A stretch of 64,000 nucleotides of DNA from Kudoa neothunni. Its lineage: Eukaryota; Animalia; Cnidaria. A model generated the notes under the pieces. The model was not told the origin of the DNA. It searched no databases and saw only the letters and a program-made list of their open reading frames with translations. This document shows, piece after piece, positions 27,906 through 42,300 of this stretch; within the stretch, counting starts at the first letter, position 1, and each line of letters starts with the position of its first letter. The DNA lies in the NCBI GenBank assembly GCA_964304625.1, contig OZ199838.1, positions 15,055,650 through 15,119,649 on the forward strand, read 5' to 3'. The translations under genes were made by a program, and so were the position numbers.

Positions 27906-29587
27906 AGAAAACACTCTCAAGCCTTCATAGATCAGAAATTAAAAATTCGATTGACCGAAGAACAATATTATTTCGTGCAGATGCGACTAGAACACATAAA
28001 CTAAAAACCTCCAGTATTTAATGTCGGCGAAACCACGATGGTTTAAAAATGTTGACCCCACACGCTATGCCGCATATTACACAAAAAGAACACAGTGAAT
28101 TCCAACCCTAGTTTTTTAAAGAATTATTAGAGAAACGGAATTCCGAAATAAAGACTGAAATAAAAATATTCTTGGAATTCTGGATAATGCAACCGGCCAC
28201 ACAAACAATTGGACTAATCACACATCAAAATCTTTAACTTATTCAAAGCTAAATACAAAGTTTTAGTCACAAAACACTTCATTATGCAAATGAAGAATAA
28301 CAATTCCTTCCGAGTAACCCTTAAAGATGCTGTATGTTTTACCCATAAATCATGGGACCTTGCCATCCAAGAAATCATTATTAATTGTCGTATGCATACA
28401 GGTATAGTTCTCGGAGATGAACCTATTTCTTCTAATTTCGACAATGTTGATTTATTCAATGCCTTGTTAAAATCGTTGCTAAATTTTTGCTATCATAATG
28501 CCAATTAATACATCGATTGTGATGAATACCTGGAAACCGGATAACCTATTAAGTTTGACGAGATAATAAAAATTCTAGATAAAAGTTAAGGTGATGATTG
28601 CGAAACGTTTGAAAAGTCGGGAGACGAAATTGCAACTAATGATCAAGATGGTCTTGCATCAATTGCACTAACCATCAAATATCTTGAGAAACCTGATCTA
28701 CATACAAGATTTTGATAAGAAAATTGTATTAAATGAGGAGTAAATAAAATTCTTTAGCAGATAAAAAGTAAAAGATGAATCCTCTAGATTGAAAAAGTAA
28801 AACAATCACTTATAATTCAGACATTTAAGAAAAATAATTTAAATAATTTCCTCATGTTCGTTTTATTTATTTATCTGGAAAGAGTGTTTGTTTCAATCCT
28901 ATATGTTCGTCGGCTTTATATGAATATCTAACGTTTCTTTTAGAACAAAATAGAGGTGGTAAAATTAAAAAAAACAAGGTATTTAATTGAGACAAATAAT
29001 CCTTTCGAACATATGAAAATGACAAACTTAATTTAATCGTACCTTGAGTAATCAAAAGTAAATTAGCCGGTCCTAAATTATTCGAATAATTAGGGTATCA
29101 TTGTATTTCCACCCTTAAATTATGACACTGGTTATTGCTACGGATCCGTATAATCCGCATGCGGTGGTTGTCTATTGCAAAGTGAAAGAATAACTCCAAA
29201 TTTAAGAACCTTGTTAAAATTTGGAATTCACATTTGTAATTAATGATTTTTGGTCTAACATAATTAATTGTTTTGGACAAAATTTGAGCTATTGAAAGTT
29301 CTATTATTGCGACTATAAATTTCGTGTTTTATGTTTTATTATGATTTACATTAAATACATATTTTAATTTTCTATTAATAAAGGTTTCTTTAATTAAAAA
29401 ATCAAATATCAGGCATTGTGTTCTATGCATAAAAACGTCTATCTTATTGCCTCTGATTGTACCTAATACGTTTAATCTAGCTTAGCTAATGTATTCTATC
29501 AAAATATGCTTAACTGTGTTTTTATAAAATGATATAAATGTATTTGCTATAAAAATATTTTATTTATAGATTATATTTATGTCTTTA

Positions 29588-30275
29588 CAAGCGCAAAAGC
29601 CCCGCTTAGCATGGGCCTCCTTACCCAGCCAAGTAGACTAAAGCCTGAGTAGGCCAAGGTCATTTGAAGTCCAAAGTAAATTAAGAGTATTTAGATAAAT
29701 AGTACAAAGATTACCCAATTAACGGATATATTTAACTAATTTGACGCATGAACCTTACTTAACATTGTAAAAACGAATAAACACTACTGAGCGTTTAAAA
29801 TTTCCTCTTTAGAGCTCCTAAAATACCGATTTTTTCCTTGTAGTTTGCAGTAACCTATAAATCATACCATATGAATAGGACTAATCTTGTTAAACACCAA
29901 CAGGTGAATTTCATATTAATGCTTGGCTACATAACCTAATATTACCCTCCTTAATTGAACTAATTCAATTATTAAATTACTTTTCAATAATTTTAAATTA
30001 AAATAAACACTATGGTACATTTAAAATTAACTTTTTATAACTTTAACGAAATGACCTATATGTTAGCATAAATCCTAAAATCATACCACTCATATCACGT
30101 AAAAATGTTTTTAGTCATTTTGCAGGAAAAAAACCTTATAATTTTTTACGTATTTTTCTGCGTTAAAATAAAATTTTATCTTTCCATATGTGTGCTCAAA
30201 TGGGGAGATATATCTCTCTATCAAGAATGAAAAATGCGTACACACACGGATTACCGGTTTGCTTTATATAGCAGA
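29588..30275 (-). mobile_element. Short non-autonomous Helitron-like element (same family as 3445-6676)
   Basis: On the minus strand: A|TCTGCTATATAAAG...TCCGTGTGTGT at the 5' end and CTACTTGGCTGGGTAAGGAGGCCC...GGGGCTTTTGCGCTTG|T at the 3' end. Confidence 0.6.
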
Positions 30276-33200
30276 TTATTACATATCTACAAATTATATT
30301 AAATATTACCGCTATTCACGGGGAACAATTAGAGCATTCTATGTAGTGAATTCAATAAATCATTAAAGTAAGTATATTTAGAGAAATATTTAATTTTATA
30401 GTTAAAATCAATATAAAAGCTGACTGTTTGCATTTTATTACCGGTGAGCATGATTCTATCTTCTTAAATGTTATTGCTACAAATATAGATAACTTATTAA
30501 TTTTGACAAAATAAAAATTTAAAAAACTTAAATTTTACTCTGATGCGTTATCTGAAATTAATGTCCACAATAGATGGAAACACGTTTTGTATTCATGATT
30601 ACAATAACATGTGTGGGAATCTAAGTTTTCACTGTATCGTCATTTGTACGGTGGAATCCTCTCCTAGATTGAAAGCTGATTTATATAACTGATTAACAAG
30701 TCATATTAATGGTTATGAACATCTTTTTCCGGCAAATTAAAAATGAGGGAATTGCGAAAAATACAAAATTCCCAATCTAATATTCTAAAACAATTTAATT
30801 AAGTTTTAATTTACTACAAAATAACGTTTGTATTCTTTTCAACTCTCTATAAAAAAGAAAACTTATAGGTAACAAAAATCGTCAACATATAGAGGTAAAT
30901 ACCTCTCTAGTATTACTTTTTGAGCTCGTAACGATATGGAAAATTTTTCATTATCGTTTTCTTGAACTAGTGGGAACTGTCCAGCGTTGTTTGGGGAAAA
31001 TTTCGCCCAACGACGTTTTTTAATAGCATTCAAAAAATATATTAAAGTTTTGAATTAACTCATAGAAACAAAATAACTAAATATTTTTAAGTAACATACT
31101 TTAACGATTTGTATTTGCGAAATTTAAATTATGATCATTTCTGTGAAGGAAAGTATCAATCCCGGCGTTCATTTAAAAATTTCGTGGCCCGCATTAACGC
31201 TAAACAATTTATTGTCAGAGTCGTATTTTTTTGTATTCCTGAATTATTTAAATCCCGTTAAAATGTTACCTAAAAGTTATTTATGCCCCGGATCAGAAAG
31301 TTTGTGCTTCACTGCTTACGGGAGACAAATAAACAGTAAAAGATATACAGTCAGAAGAAAATAGACGAAAATTAATTATTATTGCTCAAATTAATATCCC
31401 CTGGCCCGGCAAGAGCTCAACGCACTTTTTCTCATAAACAGCCACAAATCGCGTCAACCTCAACATAAACAATTTGAATAATCGGATGGAGTAACAGTAC
31501 AACCATCTACATTGAATTTAGTCACGGAAAGTTCAACTTAGCGGACGATTTCAATGAAATCTACGGACACAGTATTTCCATTATAATGCTTCAATCAATG
31601 TAATTTTAACGTTCTTTGCCAATTCGGTATTCATGGAACACATATAGATTTTTTATCACATCGGAAACCATTAATAGAACCTTAAAAATGTGTTTATCAA
31701 GTCAAATACGTTAAAATTCCGCAAATAAGGAGTGTACCTGCGCGAACGCCTACATTTACACACTAAATTTATATACAAAGCCAGATAGCAGCAGGTAATA
31801 AGCACACGTTAATCCTATTATTGAACTCAAGTAATCCGATAAACAAACTTTGAATCGACAAAATCACTATTTAATAAACACTCTTGGGAACATTTGATAC
31901 CGTGAAAATGATTTAAACATTTTTCGAAACATTGTGATTTTTAAAAGATATGGTAAAGTTTTTCCAAAACCAGCGAAGGCGTGGAGCGGAAATAATATTG
32001 AAAATTACGCCAATATTGGTCATTTTATAAGTGACGATAACTGGAACAAAGACGACAAATTTCATAAATTTGATGACATAGGACAATGAATTATTCCATT
32101 CAAAATTTACCCACTCTTATTTATCTGATAAAGGCATTACTTGAAATATCATAGTTTAAATAGTAATAAACATCAAACGGATATTGAACGGGAAGTACAC
32201 AATATAATTGTCAGAAAATTTAAAAATGATACTAAAACTGAGAAATTTACCTCAAAAAGAATTTTCTTTATAGTTGATTTATAGGATTGTATCCTCCTTA
32301 ATACCGTGCGCAACCTTAGAAATTACGAACGAGTGGTCACCCACTGTATATATCTTATATTTTAATAAATTCCTACGTTTACTTACCACAATTTTTAAAA
32401 GGATGATATTATACAAACATTTTTATTTTAATCCGACTGGTTGATTGGCAGGATTAAAATATTTTTTAAGGCGGTGACTATAGTTAGGCGTAAATTTAGT
32501 TGTGACAACTCATATTCAAAGCAGTTATACATAGATAATATTTTAGAATCCATTATATTTAATTATTCCTGACCCTATGGTCGTAATGATGAGTCAGAAA
32601 TAAAATACAGAAACAAGTTAATTTTTTCTGAATATTATTTTTGTAACTATAGCAACATCTTTTTTACATCAACAAAAATTTTATACAAACTTTTCAGTTA
32701 GATTGTTTAAATTAAGCAGAGTTTGAATACCATTATTTTTTCTTAAAAATGCCAATTATAAATATTAGGCTAAAGTTATTAAAATCATATTAGGAGGTCA
32801 GGTTTTTACTCATGTAAACACGAACATTAATAAATATGGTAAAATAATTTTCACATAATGAATATGAACACAATAAAATCATTAAAAATATTGGGCTAAC
32901 AAACTTCAATATTCAATAAGGATAATTTTTTACCTCAGAAAACATTTCTCGCCATTTTGAAATCACATATTAAATAGTTTATGACAGTGACAAATAAAGA
33001 ACGGCGGATGAAAACACCGAAGTCAGCACATGACAACTTACATTAGCGAGGAACCTTTTTAGTGTTGTTAATTAATATTGGCCTCTCGGTTGCGTTACTC
33101 GACCTTAAATGTAAAGAGCTATTAAAGCTGATAATCAAAGTTAATATAAGAATGTATAGATTCTTCAGGTTGAAGCCTACGCGAAGATTTGTATTGAAAC

Positions 33201-33733
33201 AAGATTAATTACCAACTGGAGGGTGCTTATTGGAGGGGCTGTTCATAATTCGCATGAGTTTTCAGCCCAATATTATAAATAATGACGACTTTTTGGTGTG
33301 AACTGTTTAATTATTATTCCAATAAGTACTATGTCTTATTGATTATTATCTTTACTATTATGCGTTAGAAATTTCCTGCTTTTATTAGATTCTATGTGGT
33401 AGAAATTGCAATGTTAGATTGAACTGCATTATTTTTACAATCTTATTAAATATATTTAGAACTGTCTATTTAAATAATTTTTTCGTAGGTGAGTATTTTA
33501 ATATATATCACAATTATTTTTAATGGATTAGAGAATAAATAATTCCAAATTGAGTTATGCACCCACGAAAGGTGCTACCCTAAATAAAAATTACTTCCAA
33601 AATATTTAAAGCTTTAATTAAAGGTAAGACACAAGATACTCGTCTTATCATTAGCGATTAAAGATATTTATAGCTTGCACATCCCTATAACCGCCGATAT
33701 ACGACGTGAATCTATATTTCTTAGTTTGAAAAG

Positions 33734-36700
33734 ATGTTAAGCCAGATCTGCTTATCTACCTACATTTTATTACTGAGAATTGTTTTTTCACAAGATCTCA
33801 ATAATATTCTTATTAAAGATTTTGAGTTAAGTATTGACGCCGTTGATGGAAATTCAATAACGGGAACCTCTCTTTTTGGATATTCTTTAGTTGTCCAAGA
33901 TGATGCGTATGACTGGACACAAAATATTTTTATTTATATTAATTAGTGTATATGTATCGGCACCCTTAGCTAATGTTGGGGGTAAGAATCGCCAATTCTC
34001 ATCTGGAATGATATACAACTGCCTGCTTCCATCTTCTGGACCTCCAACAAATTGCAAATCGCTGTCTAAACTAAGTAATAATTTTTTGGTATTTATTTTA
34101 ATGTAACTTTGGTGGAGATTCTTACACAGCAGAGAAATCCTTTGACCTTCTAATGGGTTTCACCGTATCAAGTTTTCTTGGAAATCAAATTTATGTGAAT
34201 GACTAATTTCACAATAAAACATAAAAACTTCACTTAAATAGATTTGTGCCCCGAATGCGTTCTTGGATATTGGGGGTGAATTAAACTCAAACTGTATGTT
34301 CTATGATCCTGCTACCGATAATGTTGAACTTGATAATTCACTGACAAGTATATTTGAATGTTTGAATATTCGTTCCAAAATCACTTGAATCATTAGGTTC
34401 AGAGTCTGACATCGGTATAATTATGGATCATGACCCCAAAAGTGAATGTTTTGTTATTGGAAGGTTGTTGTGTGGTTTTGAATTTTTTATTAATCTTTGT
34501 ATTAGTTCAAAATCGTACTCTAATTTTAGTTACAGATTAACTTGCAAACTGGGCTCTAACATGTACAGCGTGAATCATGTGAATGATAGAGCCAGTACCC
34601 CCAATTCCTTGTATGAATTGTACATTCGGGCATAATAAAAGTAATATCTTAGATCACACAAGCATTGCAGTTTACGTAAAGTCTTCTTCAAGTATAATAA
34701 ATGTTTTAAATGCTTATACACGTTTATACTACATAGTTTTGGTAATCTATGTGCTGCCAATCGGTGATGAAGATGTTGCGATAGTATAACTATTAGCTTT
34801 AATTCTAGAAGCACTCGGGAAATTTTTAGTTTTGGGATATATACAAAATTCCAAGTTTTGCTATAAACTCCAAACCAAGTGAAATACATTCACGGGTATC
34901 ACATTATAAGGTAGAGAAACATTAATTCAACGAAATATAATGAGAGTGTAGATAGGGGATTGCATGGGCAATCAAATTCTGAAATACACTCCAACCGAGT
35001 ATATTTTAGTTATTTACGTTACATTTGTTGGTTGTATAATATAACTTCACTTGAAATTTTTGAGGTCAACAATATTCTTAATTATATCGGCACCCCTCAC
35101 AAACGAGAGCATAGGAGCCGTTGTTATATTTAATATTAAAGATGGAGAAATCTCAGACACTGTAATGGGAAAACAAAAAGAGGCTAGATTTGGATACTCA
35201 ATATGCATGATACGATACGATAATTTAAAAAGTGAGTTATGTTAAATTTTCACTAAACTAAGTGTTGTTATTTAGAGTTAGCAATATTAGCTCCACATGG
35301 TGGAGCTGAACGAATCGGAGTTATTATCCTAAAAACAATGCAAGGTAATGGTACTTTTGGATCATCAGTAACTACTACTTTACAATGATCATCAATAATT
35401 TATCACTTCAGGATATTATATATGAATTGAGTGAATACATCGCCAACCTAGATGAGAATACGTTTGTGTATAAAATACATCCTGACATATACGATGATGA
35501 ATCCAATGTTGGTGGTAATAAAAATAAATAATTTAAAGATTTCATTTATTATTAAAAATAAAGAAACTGTTCATTCCTCTGGGTTCCTTCTAGCTGTTAA
35601 CTCAAACCCAGGAAAATTATACAGATATAGGTATTTTTGAGCTAGAATATTATGATTTTAATTTAATGGTATAGCATGCATAATATTTCTGAAAATATTA
35701 TACCAGAATCACATCCATATGAACTCAACGAGAATAATTTAGTCGGTTTTAATATTGACTCTGAAAACTTTGTGTGAGTTTCCGTTAAACATTATTCAGC
35801 CATGCATGCTAGGTTAGGTTTAATTTTGAACATAAAATTACAGTAAATCTTGTAAAAAGTGTTGAAATTGAAACGTTTCTAACCCAATCACGTACCTCTT
35901 ATTATAATTAGTTGATTTATTGTAATATTTTATGATTATAGGAAATAATTGGGGTCTTGAACTGCAACCTATGGATCTGCACGGCTTTATAAAGTTTAAC
36001 AATGATGATTATAATCATCTGTTTCTGGGTCCAGTGCACTACATTACGAGTAAGGTCAAAGATCATCAATATGAATTTAACGCAAGATTTCAAATGCATA
36101 TAACCAAAATTGTCAATTTGGCAACTATCGAAAATTTCAATGTAATGTTAAAGTGTGGTCCCATCAAATATTTCTCCGACGCAAATTATTCTATCAATGT
36201 TCAAAAGAACACTGTTACCAAACCAATCAATGTCAAAATAAAAATACCGAAAACATCAAATGTTTCCTCCAATAATAGTCATTATAAGGGGCGAATTAAC
36301 ATTTCATTGGTGGATATTTTCCAGTGATATCTAATGTTTATGCTCAAAATCATAAATAAAATTACATAGTTACGTTGATGAAAACGGCCATGTTCATATA
36401 TACGAGGCATTGAATATGGATATAGTTGAAAATATCCAAGCGTTATTAAACACAGTTTTAACTTTAAAATATCCAAAGAAAAAAAAACTGCTAGCTCTTT
36501 TTTCTAACATTTATGGAGTAGGTTCTTAAGTAGTATGATTGTGGTCAATCAAAATTATTATTATTATTATTATTATAAATTGTAATATATAGGCTTTCAA
36601 CGATTTTGCTACTTCGAACGAAGGGGAAATTAAACGATCAGAAATTAATATTGATAATTTCCCATATGGAGGGGTACGATACTTTTTAATGTAAAACATC

Positions 36701-38002
36701 AGTGAACCTTTTATTTTCTTTGTTTAGTTAAAATTTTCGATGAGATTTTCTCAGGAATTCGACGACGAAGCAAGTTTTGTTGGATCTTTGCACGAGTGGG
36801 AAATTGAAGCCAGTTTGTAACATTTTTTTGCTACTTTGATGTAGACTGGGAGAAAATTTAGGGAGGACAAAGGTGGAGCAAGCTTCTACAAAAAGAAACA
36901 AAAATTAAGACCCCTCAAAGACTCGATTCAGTATAAAATCAACGGGTAACTGAGTTAGATTAATATATAATAATCTAAATTAAATCTAATACAAAAAAAT
37001 GCTTGATATTTGTTCGCGCTTATTGAAAAAATTTAATTAAATATGTAACAAATGCATTAATACTTGATTGAATTTTATTGAATGTATGGATTAATGATAA
37101 TTTGGAATATGAATATTTTTACCGCGCGGAATTTTAGATCCTATTTGAAAATTATTTTTTGTATAGTACCAACAATTTTTAGATCTTTGAAAAGTGTCTT
37201 TTTCGTACATCCAAATACTTGGAAAAATCAATTTTATTCTAATTCATTCATGGTTCTTTCAATATTTTGAATAATATATTAAATCGCATATATGTAGATA
37301 AATGTACGAGGTTGGCATTATAATTTTCCATTCATTTTAAAAATCACGAAGAATCATACCGAGAGTTTCAAAAATATCAAAATTACAAAAATTGACGTAG
37401 ATTCTGATTGGATAGTGGTAATTTTGTTACTTAGCACTTTCGTAGTGCCAAATATCAGAATTTTTCGACCAAATGGACAAAAAGCTGTCCTGTAAGGATG
37501 TCGACTGCCTCAATAGTTTTCATTCACTGTTATGCACTACAAACGTCACAACATATGTGAAGAATGATTATATCGTCATACATTATACAACTATTTCCGA
37601 AGTGGTATGTACTTATAATAATTGGATTTTATATTGTAATATTTTATACCAACAGGAAGAAAACATAACTATTGGATTTACAGCCGATTTAGTTAAGATT
37701 TCAGATACCCACATGATTGGAAAATCTCACTATGTAGTTGTCTATATAATGTGTTTATTCAGCCAAATCTAATTGCGTTTAGTTTGTTTCAACCATTCAT
37801 CCATTGGACACCAGAATAAAATCATGGGAAATTGCATTATGTATCGTCTTGCCGATAATTTTATACATTCCCCTTGTTCTAATATTTTACAAGGTTTTTA
37901 AAAATATAAATATTGTTTTAATTGTTTCTTGATTAGACAGGGGCAATAAATAAACTATCAAACAAACTTGGCCGAAGTACTTCAAAGGACACCTTATTGT
38001 GA
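33734..38002 (+). CDS. Divergent integrin alpha-like type I membrane protein, paralogue 2 (multi-exon; outer bounds given)
   Basis: Collinear with paralogue 1: signal peptide, TSLFGYSL, VYVSAP..GMIYNC, ICAPNAFL, IISAP..GAV, ARFGYSI, LAILAPHGGA. TM IALCIVLPIILYISLVLIFY, tail KTGAINKLSNKLGRSTSKDTLL ending at TGA 38000-38002. Confidence 0.78.
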
Positions 38003-40505
38003 CCTCCTCGAACTAGCAGCTGCTATTATACGGAACTACTTTTAGATGGCTAATTTTATCTAATAAATAACACTAGCTCTATGAAATTATTTTTTCCCTA
38101 AAACGACCGTTTTAGTTATTATATGAATTATTTACTTATGAATTTTTATATTTTATATAGGCGTGTTGACATTATTTTCTTGTAACTAATTAGTATTCAT
38201 CATTTAAAATAACTTTTCTTTAAAGAATTATTTGTAAGGAATTAAAAAATTTATATAAAAATTATGCTTATAGATTTTACTATTTTTATGATCCCAAAGG
38301 ATATTATTTACTAGGGGCCTACATTATCACACCCAAACGGCAGGGCGTGCTGATATCCTTAATTATTAATTGTTAATCAGTTATCGTTAATCTAATTAAT
38401 ATGACCGGGTTAACTCTTATTTACCAATACGGCCATTACCATTTCAAATTCAATTATATTATTCGTTAATATATAGGTTTCTATTTTTTTCTCGATAATA
38501 ACAATTATAAAGTCAAACCTCGATTATTCGGAAAATTTGGGACTAGCGATTTTCTTTCCAATTAGCGAACAACGAGATTCCGGTTAATTGAAAATATACA
38601 ATGTCACGGGCACACATTTTTTGGAATTTCTACTTAAATGAATGTTTACTTGATTCATAAATAATTTTTACTATTTATTGCGTAGAATAGTTAAAATATT
38701 ACAACTTGACTTAAAAATATTGACATATCTAGTAACTAGGGTTGCCCCCATACCAACTTTGGAGCAGTACACGGTACTCGCCAAAAGGTACCGATACTTA
38801 AAATCGATACCAATAAAATTTCGTTTTTTAAAACCAATATAGAATAAAGAATAATGTGTCAAATCACATTAAATTGTATCAATATATCTTTTAATTGGCT
38901 CTTTAAAATTATTCTTACATTTTTGTACATCTTTACACATTCCACAATTGAGTAGTACAAAAAACATATTAGGTTTGCAATATTCATTAGGCCTGTCAAT
39001 AAAATATCGGGCAGCGGTAAAGTATGCGACACCTAAAAAAGGTCCTCTTGCGCACGTTCTTTCGCATTTAGTGATAGATAATAAAATAATATGGAGAGCA
39101 AAAATTCAGCTCAAAATAATAACTTGAAAATTTTTCATCCGAACGCGGTCGGATACACGTGTAATCTCCATCTTTTTTCAATAAACATTGAATTGATCTC
39201 TAATTTGTTTTGATAAACATTCATAAATTTGTTCTATTTCATATTTTTACCATATAAATATAAATTTTACAATATCAAATTTAATTATACAGGTTTTAAG
39301 CATGTATAGTTTAAAAGCGAGAAGACAACCACGTGCTCTCAAAATATATTTTCTTAATTTTCTTTGAGCTGATTAGTTTTTTTAATAATTAATCAACGTC
39401 ATATTTTAGATCAACATTTAATTTCAATAGGGAAATAACTTATGATAGATTATAGGAAGTTATTACTTTTTTAGAGAGAATTCTTAAATGCGTGTTTAGT
39501 ATAGCATTCGATAAACGAATAAGTTATTTCTATAAAATTATTAGTTTTAATGAATTATATATGTACCGATAAAAATAATCCCCTTAATAAACATATTGTG
39601 TTTGCTACTTGAAATATTCATCATTAGTATATTTGGCTGAATTTGTTGTTAGGAAATTTTGGCATATAAAAAATTTATAACCAATAAAAATATAGTTAGA
39701 ATCATTTTTTCAATGTTTTACACGTACGCAAAGGTAAAAAAATTAATATACTCATTTTTAATGATAAAAACTGAATAATTTTTTAATTTCTAACAAAAAA
39801 TATAATAAAATAAATTTTACTACATTAATACCTGTACTTAAATGTTCAAAAAGTATTTTTTTATAGTGCAAAATGAGATGTTTATGTGAAATTTGCAAAA
39901 AGTTTGTTTTTAAAGTTAGTTTATATAAACATTTTATATATAAATAGTAAAAATTCTAAATGGTAATAATAAATAATTTTCGAGTAATACAAATTAATTT
40001 TCTAGTGCTTTCTTTATCTCTATTACTTTTTATATTTTTTTACCCCTTAGAAGTTTGCGGTGCACACATTTCCCGAGCCGCTCCAGAATTCGACTTTAAA
40101 AATCCCCCGGGCCTAAAAAAACGTTTTAGATTGCATTATGAGAGAGTTCAAATAATTCGGCATCGAAAATAAATATGACACCATACTTAAATTATTTAGC
40201 ATCGGTGCCGGGACAAGAAATTGTTAATTAAAAACCAAGATTGACACACTCCTGCACAGAAATGACCATGATTTAAATTTCGAAATCAAAATCGACACAG
40301 TACGATGCTTAAAAAAATTTAGTTTGACTGCTTCTATAAATAAATTTGAAATATAGTATTTATTTGAATGTTGTAAAGAAACGTCTCTATGCGAAATCTT
40401 CCCCAAGCAACGCTGGGCATTTCACTCTAACATCTTATAAATACATGGCAAGCGAACAATTTAATGATCTGATAAAATATATTACTCGATGGCGTCTATT
40501 TGCAC

Positions 40506-41083
40506 CAGGGCTGCCAGCGGGATTTTAGAAAAAACCCAAGGTCGAGAAAAACGCTAGTCTAAAGTACAACAAAAAATAGAATCATTTCTATTAAAGGTTT
40601 TAATCATCTTCCGAGTCTTCAAATACGTCTACAGATATTAAATTTAAATTTATCGTCGTATTATTGCAATTTATTGGCGCGAACACTCATTCAAACTTAA
40701 TGTCTAGTATAGACCAATATGCTCACAATAAATTAATTCATTAATTCATAGTTCAAGACATATTTTGAAATAACGTTAAATTTTCTAATAATGTGCGACA
40801 ATGTTAACTGAACAATTGTGCGATCGTGTCACGTTAAACGATCTATTGTGCTGTCGTTTGATATCGTAAATGTTTAAACCTTGCACGATATAATGTGAGT
40901 AGGATACGTTATTAAAAATATAAATATTAATGTCGCGCATAATAAAATTTGTGTTATTATTCAATGTTTACAGGTTTTCAATAAAAAACCAAGATTTTAA
41001 AGAAAAATGAAAAAAACCATGAACCCAAGGTGACCACAAAAATCCCAAGATCTTGGGGAAAAACCCAAACAGTGGACATCCTG
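40506..41083. mobile_element. hAT-type MITE
   Basis: CAGGGCTGCCA / TGGACATCCTG termini, 8-bp TSD ATTTGCAC / ATTGGCAC, repeated AA(A)CCCAAG subterminal motifs. Confidence 0.6.
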
Positions 41084-41231
41084 ATTGGCACTCTTTTGCT
41101 GCATGCGCGGAGGATTAAGGCATTACCTCTATACGTGTTTTTTCTCTTATATTAGTTGTTGCAGAAAAACACTAATAGCCAAAAACGATAAATAATATTT
41201 TTTCTACTTTTTAATAACCAACACAACTTTT

Positions 41232-42300
41232 TTATTGTTTTAATCTTCCTTTTACTTTAATGGAACAAAAATTGAACTTATACGAGTTGGAATTTTTTTC
41301 ATTTGGTTGATTTGTGGAAAATGTGGTTTTATTCTCGTACTGATCTTTTAAGTTTTTTAGGCTCTTGTAAAATTCGTTGTATTGACTAGCATTAAATATA
41401 TTTAATTGATCCAATACTTCAGAACATAAATATTTTCTGTTTTTAAACTTTGGTTTTAAATGAATATTGGTTGGTAAAACATTCAAGCCGATATTTTGTG
41501 AATCAATACGGGGGGAGTTTATAGTCGTTGAAATATCGTCGTCTGTTATATTGCACACTATTATCGAGGAATATATCATTGATTATACAAACCACCTTCC
41601 AATGCGCAAGGAATTGGAAGTCAGAATTAAAGATTTTATCATTACAACTAAATGTTTTCATGGGAGAGAATGTTGTTGAAAAATGTACAATCAAACTTGT
41701 ATATATTATTTTGAAACGTAACCATTGCTGAACAAGATCAATGTGAACAGAGAACATGTTTTTTAAATTCCAAATTGATACTAATTTCATATTTGGAGTC
41801 TCTAATTTGATTTTATCAGCAGAAAAACTGGACAAACGATTTATTATTGCCAAAATATCATCATCACCAACATCATCAATTTTGTTCTTCATGAAAATCA
41901 GATCATTTTTTTATAAATCATCACAATGGATGGTCTTACAGTAATTGAGTAGTGAATTGATTTGGCGAATTAACGATGATTTTGGCATAAATTCACTATC
42001 TTGCCATGCACTAGTTCAATTCTTTTATTTGTATTTGAGCAAAATGTCCGAGCATCGAGACGATGAAAATGAGCCAAAATATTTTAAATTTTAATCCAGT
42101 TTTTTCCAAGTATTGAAAATACATTGAATTTGTCGAATATATTTTATTCAAAATGAAGTAAAATGAGTCGACACTTTCAGAATATATTAAACTTGTTGAT
42201 AGTTATTTATTAGATTTTTTAAATTATCGGATGAACAGAATCGTTTGTTGAATAAATCGCGGCCTTCTGAACTCATTACGCCCAAAACTAATAAATCGCT
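41232..42300 (-). pseudogene. MULE transposase 3' remnant with decayed SWIM finger
   Basis: Minus-strand CTFFQQHSLP*KH (CxC...LPCKH SWIM-like), followed by F...HW and a basic C-terminal KVKGR.K. Confidence 0.45.

Larger units (their letters stand above)
19969..29103 (+). mobile_element. Old pogo/Tigger element expanded by nested insertions
   Basis: Degenerate TA-flanked TIRs (TAGTGGAACCTCGATTATCTGAA / TTCGAATAATTAGGGTATCATTG). CENP-B-like HTH remnant (YVQLEKALYM) at ~26530 and DDE_1 remnants (LDNATGH, VTLKDAVCFTHKSW) at ~27950-28830. Confidence 0.55.

Noticed and set aside
31400-32346. Decayed transposase ending in CACCCACTG|TA
   Set aside because: Only one terminus found and coding remnants too degraded to assign.
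38505-40120. Scattered pogo- and hAT-like terminal motifs
   Set aside because: No matched TIR pairs with TSDs.
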